A stretch of DNA of 64,000 nt from Rhodospirillales bacterium (GCA_020638335.1 JACKIT010000007.1:45-64044); one strand, 5' to 3'. Positions 39,215 to 48,064 are shown, counted from the stretch's first letter. Translations and numbers: made by a program. Notes: generated by a model from the letters alone, not told the origin.

Positions 39215-40690
39215 ATGCTAAAGCGGATCATGCCTTTTTTTCTTTTCTTTCTACCGATTATGATTCTAGCCCTTACGCTTGCTCCCCCTCTTTGGGCCAG
39301 TCAGGATAGTTCTTCACCTTCGTCTTTATCAGCCGTGACACATCCGGCAGCGCTCCTTTGTCTGGTTGTTTTCATTTTGTCTTATATTGCGGTATTGATG
39401 GAAGAATATACCCATATGCGAAAATCCAAACCCGTGATGCTTGGGGCGGGATTGATCTGGGTGATTATCGGGGTGATCGCCCCCTCTTATGGTGTCGATC
39501 ACGATACCCTTCATAGCGCGATTTTTCACGGGCTGGAGGAATATGCTAGCCTGCTGCTCTTCCTTCTGGCCGCGATGACCTATATCAGCGCACTGGAAGA
39601 GCGCAATGTTTTTGCAGTGCTAAAATGCAAGCTGGTGCAGGCCGGTTTTAATTACCGACAACTTTTTTGGGCCACAGGCATTATGGCGTTTTTTCTATCC
39701 CCCGTTGCAGATAACCTAACCACAGCGCTGGTTTTAGGGGCTGTGGTTATGGCTGTAGGGAATGGTAATCCGCGTTTTGTAGCATTAGCCTGTATCAATA
39801 TTGTTTGCGCAGCCAATGCCGGCGGGGCCTTTAGTCCGTTTGGAGACATCACGACACTGATGGTCTGGCAGTCCGGGCATCTAGGTTTTTTTGAATTCTT
39901 TGATCTGTTTTTGCCCTCCTTTGTGTGTTTTGTGGTTCCCGCATTTATCATGGCATTTTTTGTTACCAAAGATTTCCCTGAGGCTTTAACGGAAGACGTA
40001 CACCTTAAGCACGGTGCACGAGCAATCATAGGGCTGGGAATATTCACGATCTTCATGGCTGTTGGTTTTGAACAAACGCTTGGTCTGCCGCCCTTTGTGG
40101 GCATGATGTTCGGCCTGTCCTTCCTGATGATCGCCGCCTATGTTATTCGGCATATATGGGTTAAAGACGAAGATGACAAGGATTTTGATATTCTGGAGAA
40201 TGTGGCGGCCGCTGAATGGGACACGCTCCTCTTTTTCTTCGGCGTTATTTTTTCCGTCGGGGGGCTGACCTTTCTTGGATATATGGAACTGGCCTCGACG
40301 ACAATGTATGACGGTTTTGGCGCAAGTATAACAAATGTGACACTGGGCATTTCTTCCGCCGTTATTGATAATATTCCGGTGATGTTTGCCGTGCTGAGCA
40401 TGAACCCGGATATGGACCATTTCCAATGGCTGCTGATTACCCTGACCACTGGCGTAGGCGGCAGCCTGCTTTCTATCGGTTCAGCCGCCGGTGTGGCGCT
40501 GATGGGTGTGGCGCGCGGGCATTACACCTTTATGAGCCATTTGCGCTGGGCGCCTGTTATTCTTCTGGGATACGCGGGCGCGATCGGCGTGCATTTCCTT
40601 ATCAATGCTCACCTGATGGGAGTCTCAATCCATGATGAGCCGCTTGAAACAAGTGTGAGTATAGAAATGCCGACAACGCCAGCGCATTAG
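39215..40690 (+). CDS. nhaD: Na+/H+ antiporter NhaD-type
   Basis: A polytopic membrane protein with the paired ADNLTTALV and IDNIPVMFAVL motifs seen in NhaD antiporters. Confidence 0.8.
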   Translation: MLKRIMPFFLFFLPIMILALTLAPPLWASQDSSSPSSLSAVTHPAALLCLVVFILSYIAVLMEEYTHMRKSKPVMLGAGLIWVIIGVIAPSYGVDHDTLHSAIFHGLEEYASLLLFLLAAMTYISALEERNVFAVLKCKLVQAGFNYRQLFWATGIMAFFLSPVADNLTTALVLGAVVMAVGNGNPRFVALACINIVCAANAGGAFSPFGDITTLMVWQSGHLGFFEFFDLFLPSFVCFVVPAFIMAFFVTKDFPEALTEDVHLKHGARAIIGLGIFTIFMAVGFEQTLGLPPFVGMMFGLSFLMIAAYVIRHIWVKDEDDKDFDILENVAAAEWDTLLFFFGVIFSVGGLTFLGYMELASTTMYDGFGASITNVTLGISSAVIDNIPVMFAVLSMNPDMDHFQWLLITLTTGVGGSLLSIGSAAGVALMGVARGHYTFMSHLRWAPVILLGYAGAIGVHFLINAHLMGVSIHDEPLETSVSIEMPTTPAH

Positions 40691-41208
40691 TGCTGGCTAT
40701 TCCAGAATATGGTTTCCGGCGGGATGAGTTTTTTATCCTCACTGCGTTTGTAGACGTAAATACCCAACACGGAAAGACCGACGGCCCAGATAGCGCTGAG
40801 TGACGACATAGATGACATTATGTATCCGGCACGTTGCGTATCGAATATTATAACATAGGCTATCCCCAGCATTTGCGCGGCCCAGGTGATAGCCATCAGG
40901 TAGCCAAAGGTTGGGCGCATACGGCGAACATATTTGTCAGAGGAAGCGATTTCGGCCCGAAGCGATTCATTAATTTGTTTAGAAGCTTCGCGGTATTCCT
41001 CTGATTTCATTAAAGAAATCGCTTCTATATGCCGATTTGATTCCGCTATGGCTTCTGGCGAAATATCTCCTGCTTTCAAGGCTTTATCAACATCCTCTAA
41101 AGCTTTTGCTGCACCTTTTGTAACGGGCGTGTCGATCTGCTTTAAAGCCTGTGATACAAAGGTGATGAGCAGCGGCAGGCCGATACGGGCGAGTATAGTT
41201 TCTAGCAT
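40687..41208 (-). CDS. Phage holin, 3-TM type (resembles the Pfam GTA_holin_3TM / DUF3154 architecture)
   Basis: A soluble N-terminal helical part, then ASSDKYVRRMRPTFGYLMAITWAAQ followed by TM helices. This is similar to the AASS..FV...RPF.GW motif of 3-TM holins as I recall it. It is adjacent to the endolysin. Confidence 0.6.
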   Translation of the reverse strand: MLETILARIGLPLLITFVSQALKQIDTPVTKGAAKALEDVDKALKAGDISPEAIAESNRHIEAISLMKSEEYREASKQINESLRAEIASSDKYVRRMRPTFGYLMAITWAAQMLGIAYVIIFDTQRAGYIMSSMSSLSAIWAVGLSVLGIYVYKRSEDKKLIPPETIFWNSQH

Positions 41209-41232
41209 AACTTCTTCCTTAATATTTTTTAA

Positions 41233-41336
41233 AACTACAGTGCGTACAGGGGAATACACAGGGGCGTCTTTTTATCGTCAAACGCTCCTGTGCTTCTTCT
41301 GTGTTCTTCTGTGTTCTTCTGTGTTCTTCTGTGGTT
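41233..41336. repeat. Family-2 hairpin element, including a 10-bp tandem repeat (TCTGTGTTCT x ~4.5 at 41289..41334)
   Basis: aactacagtgcgtacaggggaatacacagggg ... tcctgtgcttcttctgtgttcttctgtgttcttctgtgttcttctgtgg. The arms are inverted CACAG/CTGTG-rich sequences. Confidence 0.7.
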
Positions 41337-41343
41337 TTTATTT

Positions 41344-41835
41344 TTAAGTTTTGATTAATTTGTAAAATATATGCCGCCCGATTACGGCCGAGGGTTCCTG
41401 TCCCCGCGCCCAGTAGGGCGAGGCATAATCGGTGTGGTAATGCGTTGCGCCACCGGTATGATCCGGCAGTGCGCCAATAACTGCGCGGCGGGCAATGCGC
41501 AGGGCAGTCGCAAAATACAGGTTTTTATTATCGACGGCCTGTAATTTCTGAAAATTCGGGTCGGAGCGATTCCAGCATGAGAATTGATACGGTTTTTGAC
41601 AGACCTGAATGATATTGCTGCCCCACCAATATTTGCCGCCGTGGCCTTGCGCGACTTTCACACGGTTGAGCACGACACTGGCGACGGCTTCCATGCCAAT
41701 ATGTCCTTCGCTGCGGGCTTCACCCCAGAGGGTGCGGGCCAGAACATCAATTTCAAGGGCTTGGTAAAATTCTTCGGCGTCGGCACGCGGACGCACGTCC
41801 AAACCGCCAATCGCGGTTAAGGTTGGTTTTTTCAT
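41344..41835 (-). CDS. Cell-wall hydrolase, SleB/CwlJ (Hydrolase_2) type; putative endolysin
   Basis: LARTLWGEARSEGHIGMEAVASVVLNRV...PYQFSCWN...ATHYH matches the Hydrolase_2 family pattern. Confidence 0.8.
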   Translation of the reverse strand: MKKPTLTAIGGLDVRPRADAEEFYQALEIDVLARTLWGEARSEGHIGMEAVASVVLNRVKVAQGHGGKYWWGSNIIQVCQKPYQFSCWNRSDPNFQKLQAVDNKNLYFATALRIARRAVIGALPDHTGGATHYHTDYASPYWARGQEPSAVIGRHIFYKLIKT

Positions 41836-41860
41836 GAGTTTCTTCCTTTGCAAAAATAAA

Positions 41861-41940
41861 AACACAGTGAGCACAGAAGAAGCACAGGCGCTTTTCGTAC
41901 GAAAAAATGCTCCTGTGTTTTCACTGTGAGTCTCTGTGAT
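41861..41940. repeat. Family-2 hairpin element
   Basis: The arm aacacagtgagcacagaagaagcacagg and the arm cctgtgttttcactgtgagtctctgtg are inverted around a ~22-nt centre. Confidence 0.65.
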
Positions 41941-41950
41941 TTAAAATGAA

Positions 41951-42271
41951 TTATTCAGATTTAGCCTTCAGCGCTTCGGCTTTGAGAGCGGTGGCATCGA
42001 GCTTGGATTCGATGCGTAGCAAATGCTCGACCAGCCGGGATTCCAGCGCATGCATGGATCTTTGCGATGCATATGTCTTTGCGACTTCAAGCTTGAACGC
42101 GCCGAGCGCATCGCGGAGCTGATCCGAACGATGTTCCAGCGTATGTTCCAGGTTATTGACGGCCCTTTCAGCCTCGCGGCGCGTCCGCCAAGAGAAAGCC
42201 AAAAGGCCGGCCATGGCCGGCAAATCAACAACCGTGATCCACCAGACCAGATCTTGTGAGAATAAGCTCAT
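41951..42271 (-). CDS. Membrane-anchored coiled-coil protein (i-spanin-like or lysis accessory)
   Basis: N-terminal TM helix (VWWITVVDLPAMAGLLAF) followed by a ~70-aa heptad-like helix. It lies between TerL and the endolysin. Confidence 0.45.
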   Translation of the reverse strand: MSLFSQDLVWWITVVDLPAMAGLLAFSWRTRREAERAVNNLEHTLEHRSDQLRDALGAFKLEVAKTYASQRSMHALESRLVEHLLRIESKLDATALKAEALKAKSE

Positions 42272-42283
42272 GTAACATGTCCT

Positions 42284-43801
42284 TTATATTTTGAAATCCG
42301 TATCAGCCTTATGAAGCCGGGCGGATTTCATCCAGTTATGCGCGCCGCGGCCATAGAGGCGTGGAAGGCGGTCCGGGGCCTGGGCGAGCGCGCCGGCGAC
42401 GGCGTCGAGGCCATCGTCATATCCTTTATTGCTTCCGGGACGCCATTCACGCATTTCGGTCATAAAAAGCGTTTTCAGCACTGATATATGCACATAGAGC
42501 CGGCGAGCGGCGAGCACGGCATCGAAAGCTTCAAGAATGCGTAGATCCTTGGCACGGGACTGGCTGATTTCCTTAAGTGCGCACGGGGATTTAGCCCGGC
42601 TAAGTTCATTGCGCAGGATATTGGGCAGAAACCGTCCGATGCCGTTGATCTCGACCGTCATGGCGGGCAGGTAATGGTTTTTAGCAATCTGCGAAACGAT
42701 GCGGCATTGTTGAGTTGCTTCGTCCTGTTCATTACCAGCGTCGGTGCGAATATATTCGATGTGATGAAGGTAGAAATTCCCCTCCGCATCGCTGAATAAA
42801 ATGGCCACAACGCTGTGGTCGCCGGTAGCGCTGCCGAAAGACGGGTCCCAAAAGGCGCTGGCAGAAACCAGTTTGATCTGACCAAGAAACAAAGTTTGCA
42901 GTTCTTTGCAATACTCCAGATCATCATCATAATGGCGCAACAAGTCAGGATTGAGACGACCTTCGGCGATATTTACGGGCTGGAGCATCATTTGAGATGC
43001 AAATTTATTCGGCCCGGCGGCGCGCTTCATGCGAGCGATGTCGGCCTCGCTATAGCGCTCAATCCAGGCACTTTGGCCCTTTTCATCCAAAACCGGGATT
43101 TTGAGGCGTTCAAATCCGTTTAGGAATTCCCTCTCCTCTCCCAGTTCACTCCGCGGTTTATCGGCGTAAATCGTGTGGTAATTATGCGGCGTACCAACAT
43201 AGATCTGCGTTCCACCGGGGACGAGAACATATTCCATCTCGCCCAGCCGTTCGCGCAGCTCGCGGCGCTTTTCGGCGGTGTCGCAGGTGTTGGGGACCTC
43301 GACATCGTCGCAGATGACAATATCGGCGCGGGAGCCGGTGATGTTAGCCGTAATGCCTTTGGCCATCATGGAAGGATCGCGCGATTCGAAAGTGCGTTTG
43401 ATGGTAAAACGATCAGAAGCCCATTGGTCCGCATTTTCGGGTTTCATATTTGCGGTCAGCGGGTGGCGCTCGATAATGCGTTTAACGTTGCGCACCATCT
43501 TTTTCGCCAGCGTGAAATCCGCTGCCAGCACAAGGATACGCAAATCCGCCTTGCGATATAAAAGCCAGGCCGAAAACAGGCCCGCGATCGTGCTTTTGCC
43601 TGCGCTGCGAAAAGCCATCAAGAGAAGCCGCGTGTTTTTGCGACTCCAGTTCCATTCCAGCCAACGCGCTATTTTCAGGTGGATTTGCGGCGTGCGCAGG
43701 CCCATGCGCTGGTTCCACAACACCACAAAGAGCGGGAAGTCGGCTGTGCTGATGTCGAATTTCGTGCTTTGCAGGCTGGGTGGTTTTGCGATTTCGTTCA
43801 T
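42284..43801 (-). CDS. Terminase large subunit
   Basis: Walker A-like FRSAGKST, Walker B ADIVICDDVE, a C-terminal nuclease-like part, and a size of 505 aa. The upstream small gene is coupled to it by an ATGA overlap. Confidence 0.85.
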   Translation of the reverse strand: MNEIAKPPSLQSTKFDISTADFPLFVVLWNQRMGLRTPQIHLKIARWLEWNWSRKNTRLLLMAFRSAGKSTIAGLFSAWLLYRKADLRILVLAADFTLAKKMVRNVKRIIERHPLTANMKPENADQWASDRFTIKRTFESRDPSMMAKGITANITGSRADIVICDDVEVPNTCDTAEKRRELRERLGEMEYVLVPGGTQIYVGTPHNYHTIYADKPRSELGEEREFLNGFERLKIPVLDEKGQSAWIERYSEADIARMKRAAGPNKFASQMMLQPVNIAEGRLNPDLLRHYDDDLEYCKELQTLFLGQIKLVSASAFWDPSFGSATGDHSVVAILFSDAEGNFYLHHIEYIRTDAGNEQDEATQQCRIVSQIAKNHYLPAMTVEINGIGRFLPNILRNELSRAKSPCALKEISQSRAKDLRILEAFDAVLAARRLYVHISVLKTLFMTEMREWRPGSNKGYDDGLDAVAGALAQAPDRLPRLYGRGAHNWMKSARLHKADTDFKI

Positions 43802-44124
43802 TCATTGTCCTCCTCCAGTTCATCACGGGCGCTGCGGATCTGGGATTGCAGGTTTTCCTGCTGTTCGCGCCTGGCCTCGATTTTTTCCTGCTCATCACTG
43901 TCATCGGTGGCGTTGGCCAGTTTGAGCAAGCTTTCGAGATGGGAGGCGGCGGATTTTCCGGCATCGTGGAATTTTTTGAATTCGGCAGGCTCTTTTGACT
44001 TGTCCTCTAGATCGCCGGGTAAATCACTGCTGAGATAACGTTCGTAGGAATACACCACCGCCGCCGTGGCGCTGTTGAGAAAGTGTGCCACGCGCTCTTT
44101 GATAATTTTTGTATAGTTTTTCAT
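43798..44124 (-). CDS. Putative terminase small subunit (108 aa, acidic C-terminus)
   Basis: Assigned by position (overlaps the TerL start by 4 nt) and by its strong AAGGAGA Shine-Dalgarno sequence. No sequence-level recognition. Confidence 0.4.
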   Translation of the reverse strand: MKNYTKIIKERVAHFLNSATAAVVYSYERYLSSDLPGDLEDKSKEPAEFKKFHDAGKSAASHLESLLKLANATDDSDEQEKIEARREQQENLQSQIRSARDELEEDNE

Positions 44125-44208
44125 GTATTCTCCTTGGCAAATAAAAAAGCCGCCAAGATGCTAGCGACTTCGAATAATTTTTATAAATTTTAAAAAGTTA
44201 ATAATTTA

Positions 44209-44703
44209 CTATGTCTGATACCTGACTTCCGTATCGAAACATTTAACTAACAGCTGTTTAGCCATTTTACGGTCATGCGTTTTGAGTCCTTCAGACTCAC
44301 TGCCAACCATTACAACATCGCAATGTGCCCAATTATCGTTCCGTGGCGTGTGATGAACATCGAAATGCATTCCCTTGTGCCGTTCCAGTTCCCTGATACG
44401 GCCAACATTCGCGCTTCTGTAACCATAATAATGATCCGGCTTGAAGTCCTTTTTCCCCGACCGGCGTTCATTCCTTGCTTTGCATAGTTTTCGCCCCTGC
44501 GCATGACAAGCCGCAACCGCATCGCCTTTAAATAAACGCATACAATTGACGGACTCTTCCCGCAAACCCGTTTCTTTGTTTTTGTTGAACTGCAAGTTAT
44601 TCAGAAGATCAAGCTGCGGAATACCAAGAACCGAAGAAAAATCCTTAGGGGATAAAATTGTCCGGCTAATGATATCCTTATCGCGGATTTTTTGTTTTTC
44701 CAT
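44209..44703 (-). CDS. Cargo gene 3: hypothetical protein (164 aa), His/Cys-rich C-terminal half
   Basis: ORF. HYYGYRSANVGRIRELERHKGMHFDVHHTPRNDNWAHCDVV. Overlaps the upstream gene by 26 nt. AT-rich. Confidence 0.55.
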   Translation of the reverse strand: MEKQKIRDKDIISRTILSPKDFSSVLGIPQLDLLNNLQFNKNKETGLREESVNCMRLFKGDAVAACHAQGRKLCKARNERRSGKKDFKPDHYYGYRSANVGRIRELERHKGMHFDVHHTPRNDNWAHCDVVMVGSESEGLKTHDRKMAKQLLVKCFDTEVRYQT

Positions 44704-45172
44704 GTTTTTTCACAGGATAAGAAGGGAGATGCCGCCGGATGTCCTCAGGGAAAAAACCGCCTGCCAAAAATTTTAATTCCGCCAAGTCTTCGATAGTGTC
44801 ATCCGTACCCAGTTTGCTTAAATAAATATATAGACCGTCGATCGTCATGTGCAGTTCATCGCTGGCTTTCAAAATCCATGTCAATGAAAGCGTCTCTTCC
44901 ATATCCGGCGAAATTTTGTCCGGATATGCCAGACCGAACGGCAGTTGTTTGATAAAATGCTCCGCCGTTTGCAAACTGGCATGACCAGGTGCAGACGCAC
45001 CAAACCCGTCCCAACCGTCTTCCAGACCTCTCATATACTCGATTGCTTTCAACAACTCTCCACGCTCTTTCGGCGTGACAGCCCCTTCCTCAAGCGTTGT
45101 TTGAGGTGGCTTAGGCGGCATAGGCGTATCTGTAACTGCGAAGCCGTTTTGCTCCCTATTTAGCGCGTACAT
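44678..45172 (-). CDS. Cargo gene 2: hypothetical protein (164 aa from the second Met) with an LEDGWDGFGA motif
   Basis: ORF. GGGGA lies 5-6 nt upstream of the ATG at 45172. Overlaps the upstream gene by 17 nt. Confidence 0.55.
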   Translation of the reverse strand: MYALNREQNGFAVTDTPMPPKPPQTTLEEGAVTPKERGELLKAIEYMRGLEDGWDGFGASAPGHASLQTAEHFIKQLPFGLAYPDKISPDMEETLSLTWILKASDELHMTIDGLYIYLSKLGTDDTIEDLAELKFLAGGFFPEDIRRHLPSYPVKKHGKTKNPR

Positions 45173-45974
45173 CTTTTCCCCACTTTTCATGCATTTCCGG
45201 CGTGGTTAAATCGTCGAATCCGCAAACAATATGCTCATGAGCTTTATTATACCATGATAACATGGTTTTCATATTCTTGTCGAAAGGCGATGCATACTGC
45301 CCTCTGACAACAATATCCAGACGCGAGGCATGTGTTCCATCTTTCAGATTTTGCACAGAATAAGCATTTGTAAACATCCTGCCGTTCAGGTCCGGCAGTT
45401 CGAACTCCCAGCTTCCGCTGTATTTGGACGGCTCCGGCAAAAAGACTCGCTCTTTCCGCCAGACCGCATCTTTCAGGAAAGCGCCTATATTCGGCGCACC
45501 GCCAAAATCATCAAAAGGAACGATGTTTACATATATCAATTCCAGCGTATCGTAAGATAGCGGTTTCTTATGAAGTTTTACAAATTTTTCCAATGCCTTA
45601 AGCGTCTGTTCAAATTTTTCAATAACAGACTTATAACGAGGATAAGGCTTATCATTAACCCTCCTCCAGTTAAACGCCAGCCTGTCCTGCTGAAACTGGA
45701 TCAATTCGGTTTGATCTTCACTTAAAAACCAAACCCGTGGGATTTCACACGAGGGATCGACAAAAGAAATAACCCTTTCTTTTTCACTCCCCGGCATCGG
45801 CGCTATAACTTCCTGATTTTGAACATTTGGAAATTCATCCCGCCCAAATGCCGCCCATAAATCTCCCAAATAGGGTGCCGGAAAACCGTGCAGATCAGAA
45901 AACTGTACAGCAACCGCCACTTCAGAAACCGGAGGGCTTTTATAATCGGGCAAAGATGGTTTTATTTTTGTCAT
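45156..45974 (-). CDS. Cargo gene 1: TIGR04255-family protein
   Basis: The N-terminus YKSPPVSEVAVAVQF and a size of ~270 aa fit the TIGR04255 signature as I recall it. Confidence 0.6.
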   Translation of the reverse strand: MTKIKPSLPDYKSPPVSEVAVAVQFSDLHGFPAPYLGDLWAAFGRDEFPNVQNQEVIAPMPGSEKERVISFVDPSCEIPRVWFLSEDQTELIQFQQDRLAFNWRRVNDKPYPRYKSVIEKFEQTLKALEKFVKLHKKPLSYDTLELIYVNIVPFDDFGGAPNIGAFLKDAVWRKERVFLPEPSKYSGSWEFELPDLNGRMFTNAYSVQNLKDGTHASRLDIVVRGQYASPFDKNMKTMLSWYNKAHEHIVCGFDDLTTPEMHEKWGKDVRAK

Positions 45975-46042
45975 GGCATAATGGGCAGTTTCAAGGTGAT
46001 TGTAACACAATGCTGATGTAATTCTATACCATCAATTCGCGG

Positions 46043-48064
46043 TTAAAACTTGCTAACAATAAACCACTGGCCACCATCGGAGACGACGGTGATGGCGTCG
46101 TATTGGGCCGAGAGCGGTTGGGCGTAACCGTCCGGCCCGCTCCCGCCCTGTTCGCTCACGGTAATCACATTCGCCGAAACGTCGGTTTTCTTGATGGTCA
46201 CAGTGCGGCCTACGGCCTGCGAAGAGTTGGCGGGCGGCAAGCGGGCGGTGAGTGCACCACCATAGCTAGACAGCAAATACGTGTCCACGGCCATATCGAT
46301 GTCGTAGGTGCCGGTGCCGTCGTGGTAGCGGGTGTTGCCGGGGCTACGGTTGGAGGCGATCACAAACCATTCCGCGCCGTTGGACAGGGCCATCATGTAA
46401 TCATTTTCCGCGCCGAGAAAATAATCGCGCGCATCGGGGCCGTTGCCGCTATCTTCTTTGATCGTGATGACGTTGGCGGAGCTGTCGATTTTTTTGACGA
46501 CCATCATCGCGCCAGTGGCGTCGGCGGCATTGGGCAGATTGACGGTGAGCGCGCCGCCGAAACTGGAAACCAGATGCACGGAATGTGAAGTATCGAGCGT
46601 AACGCTTCCCGAACTATCGATATATTCGGTATCGAAGCGCTGGAGCGTTGCGTTCATGTCGATACAGGTGGTTTTTTGCAGACGGTTCTTATTCGGATAC
46701 CCTGCGTTATAGGCGGTATATTCGCCGCCGGAGAGGTCCCAGATCGCTGCGCCGTCACTGGCCGAGAGCAGATTAAAGATCGAGGTTTCAATAGAACCAG
46801 ATTCCAGTTTGATATTGGGAACGCTGTTATAGCTTTCGGCATATGGATTAATGAGCAGGGTTTTGTCGCAGCCCGACCCGATGATGAAACAGCCTTGCGC
46901 ACTGCCGTGGACATTGGCTTCGCAATCGACAAAGGCGTTGTTATAGCGCGCTTCTTCGATGTAGAAACCTGCGCCCGTGCAGGCCGTGCCGAGAGAATAG
47001 GCGCGGCAGGCGTGGAACTTGTTGGCGTTGGGCGTATCCCCTGCCCCGCTGCGGTAGAGGTGAAAGCCGTGGATCGCGAATTGCTCAACCAGAACGCGGT
47101 CAAAATTGTTCCAGTAACACGGGAAGCTCGGATTTGTGTAACCGTCGAGCTGGACGCCAATATTGGGAGCGATGATGGTGATGTCACTCACAGACGTTTG
47201 CACGACGGGTCGCGTAGCCCCGTAGAGCTTGATGCCAACATCGCCGCCTTCGATACGGAAGTTATGCAAGGTGCAGTAATCTTCAGTGATCTCAATGGCG
47301 TTGAACGTACCAGCGTTGCATTTGAGAACGGATTTCTGACCTATGCCGATCAGGGCTTTGCGCGCGGTGAGCGTGATTGTTCCCGTGATCAGATATTCAC
47401 CGGGCGGGATGAACACCGTGTCATGAGCGGCTATTGCATTTTGGATAGCGACCGTGTCATTGGTGAGGCCGTCACCAACAGCGCCAAAATCCTTCACCGA
47501 GATCGCATCGGCGAGCTTGTCATTCACGGTGCGCGTGGCAGCGCCGGTGCCGGTGGGGGTAAAATCCGGCGAGGCGGAAGCGCCGGAGAGATCGAGCGCG
47601 ACGGGGTTGCCGCTTCCGTCAAAGCCTAGGCCTTTATTTGCGCGCGTGGCGCGCGATGGCAGCTCTACATTGCCGGGGGTTTCGTGGTCACCATATTTGA
47701 GCATCAGATCGTTTTCGCGGTTCACCTGCTGGAGCGCGGCGATCACGTAATCCAGCTCGTTATTGATGGATTGGGCGGAAAAATCCCCGCCTTCGAGGAA
47801 ATCCGTGACGCGCTCGATGGGAAGTTCGCGCGCAAGGGTGATCACGGCATCCGTAGCGGGCGCGGCGTCGAAGGTGACACTCCCGCCGACAGTCTCCCCC
47901 GCCCCGCTTATTGTAAAGCCGCTGGCTTGCTTGGCACCGTCGATATAGACGGCGAGATCTTCGCTGGCGAAAATCGGAAAGTTATAGGTGAATTCGGTTT
48001 GGGTTCCGTTGGCGACGTAACGCACGATGGGCACGACGTCCGGCATTTTGATATGCTCGGTCAT
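46043..48064 (-). CDS. Tail fibre / tailspike: T7-type N-terminal adaptor, pectate-lyase-like beta-helix, and a duplicated C-terminal domain
   Basis: The N-terminus VRYVANGTQTEFTYNFPIF..EDLAVYIDG...ITLARELPIERVTDFLEGGDFSAQSINNELDY resembles the T7 gp17 N-domain. VKDFGAVGDGLTNDTVAIQNAI is the Pectate_lyase_3-type start of a beta-helix. Confidence 0.85.
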   Translation of the reverse strand: MTEHIKMPDVVPIVRYVANGTQTEFTYNFPIFASEDLAVYIDGAKQASGFTISGAGETVGGSVTFDAAPATDAVITLARELPIERVTDFLEGGDFSAQSINNELDYVIAALQQVNRENDLMLKYGDHETPGNVELPSRATRANKGLGFDGSGNPVALDLSGASASPDFTPTGTGAATRTVNDKLADAISVKDFGAVGDGLTNDTVAIQNAIAAHDTVFIPPGEYLITGTITLTARKALIGIGQKSVLKCNAGTFNAIEITEDYCTLHNFRIEGGDVGIKLYGATRPVVQTSVSDITIIAPNIGVQLDGYTNPSFPCYWNNFDRVLVEQFAIHGFHLYRSGAGDTPNANKFHACRAYSLGTACTGAGFYIEEARYNNAFVDCEANVHGSAQGCFIIGSGCDKTLLINPYAESYNSVPNIKLESGSIETSIFNLLSASDGAAIWDLSGGEYTAYNAGYPNKNRLQKTTCIDMNATLQRFDTEYIDSSGSVTLDTSHSVHLVSSFGGALTVNLPNAADATGAMMVVKKIDSSANVITIKEDSGNGPDARDYFLGAENDYMMALSNGAEWFVIASNRSPGNTRYHDGTGTYDIDMAVDTYLLSSYGGALTARLPPANSSQAVGRTVTIKKTDVSANVITVSEQGGSGPDGYAQPLSAQYDAITVVSDGGQWFIVSKF

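Noticed and set aside
41289-41334. Tandem 10-bp repeat, considered as a possible CRISPR or minisatellite
   Set aside because: The unit is only 10 bp with no spacers. It is an expanded arm of a family-2 hairpin element, not a CRISPR array.
43278-43964. 215-aa plus-strand and 160-aa minus-strand alternate-frame ORFs over the terminase 5' region
   Set aside because: They overlap the TerL/TerS coding frames, which have Walker motifs and ATGA coupling. The alternate products are Arg/Ser/Pro-rich.
46676-47629. 317-aa plus-strand ORF (and neighbours at 46103-46588 and 47684-48133) inside the tail fibre gene
   Set aside because: It is antisense to a gene with clear T7-fibre and pectate-lyase motifs. 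The product is low-complexity and Gly/Arg/Asp/Val-rich.
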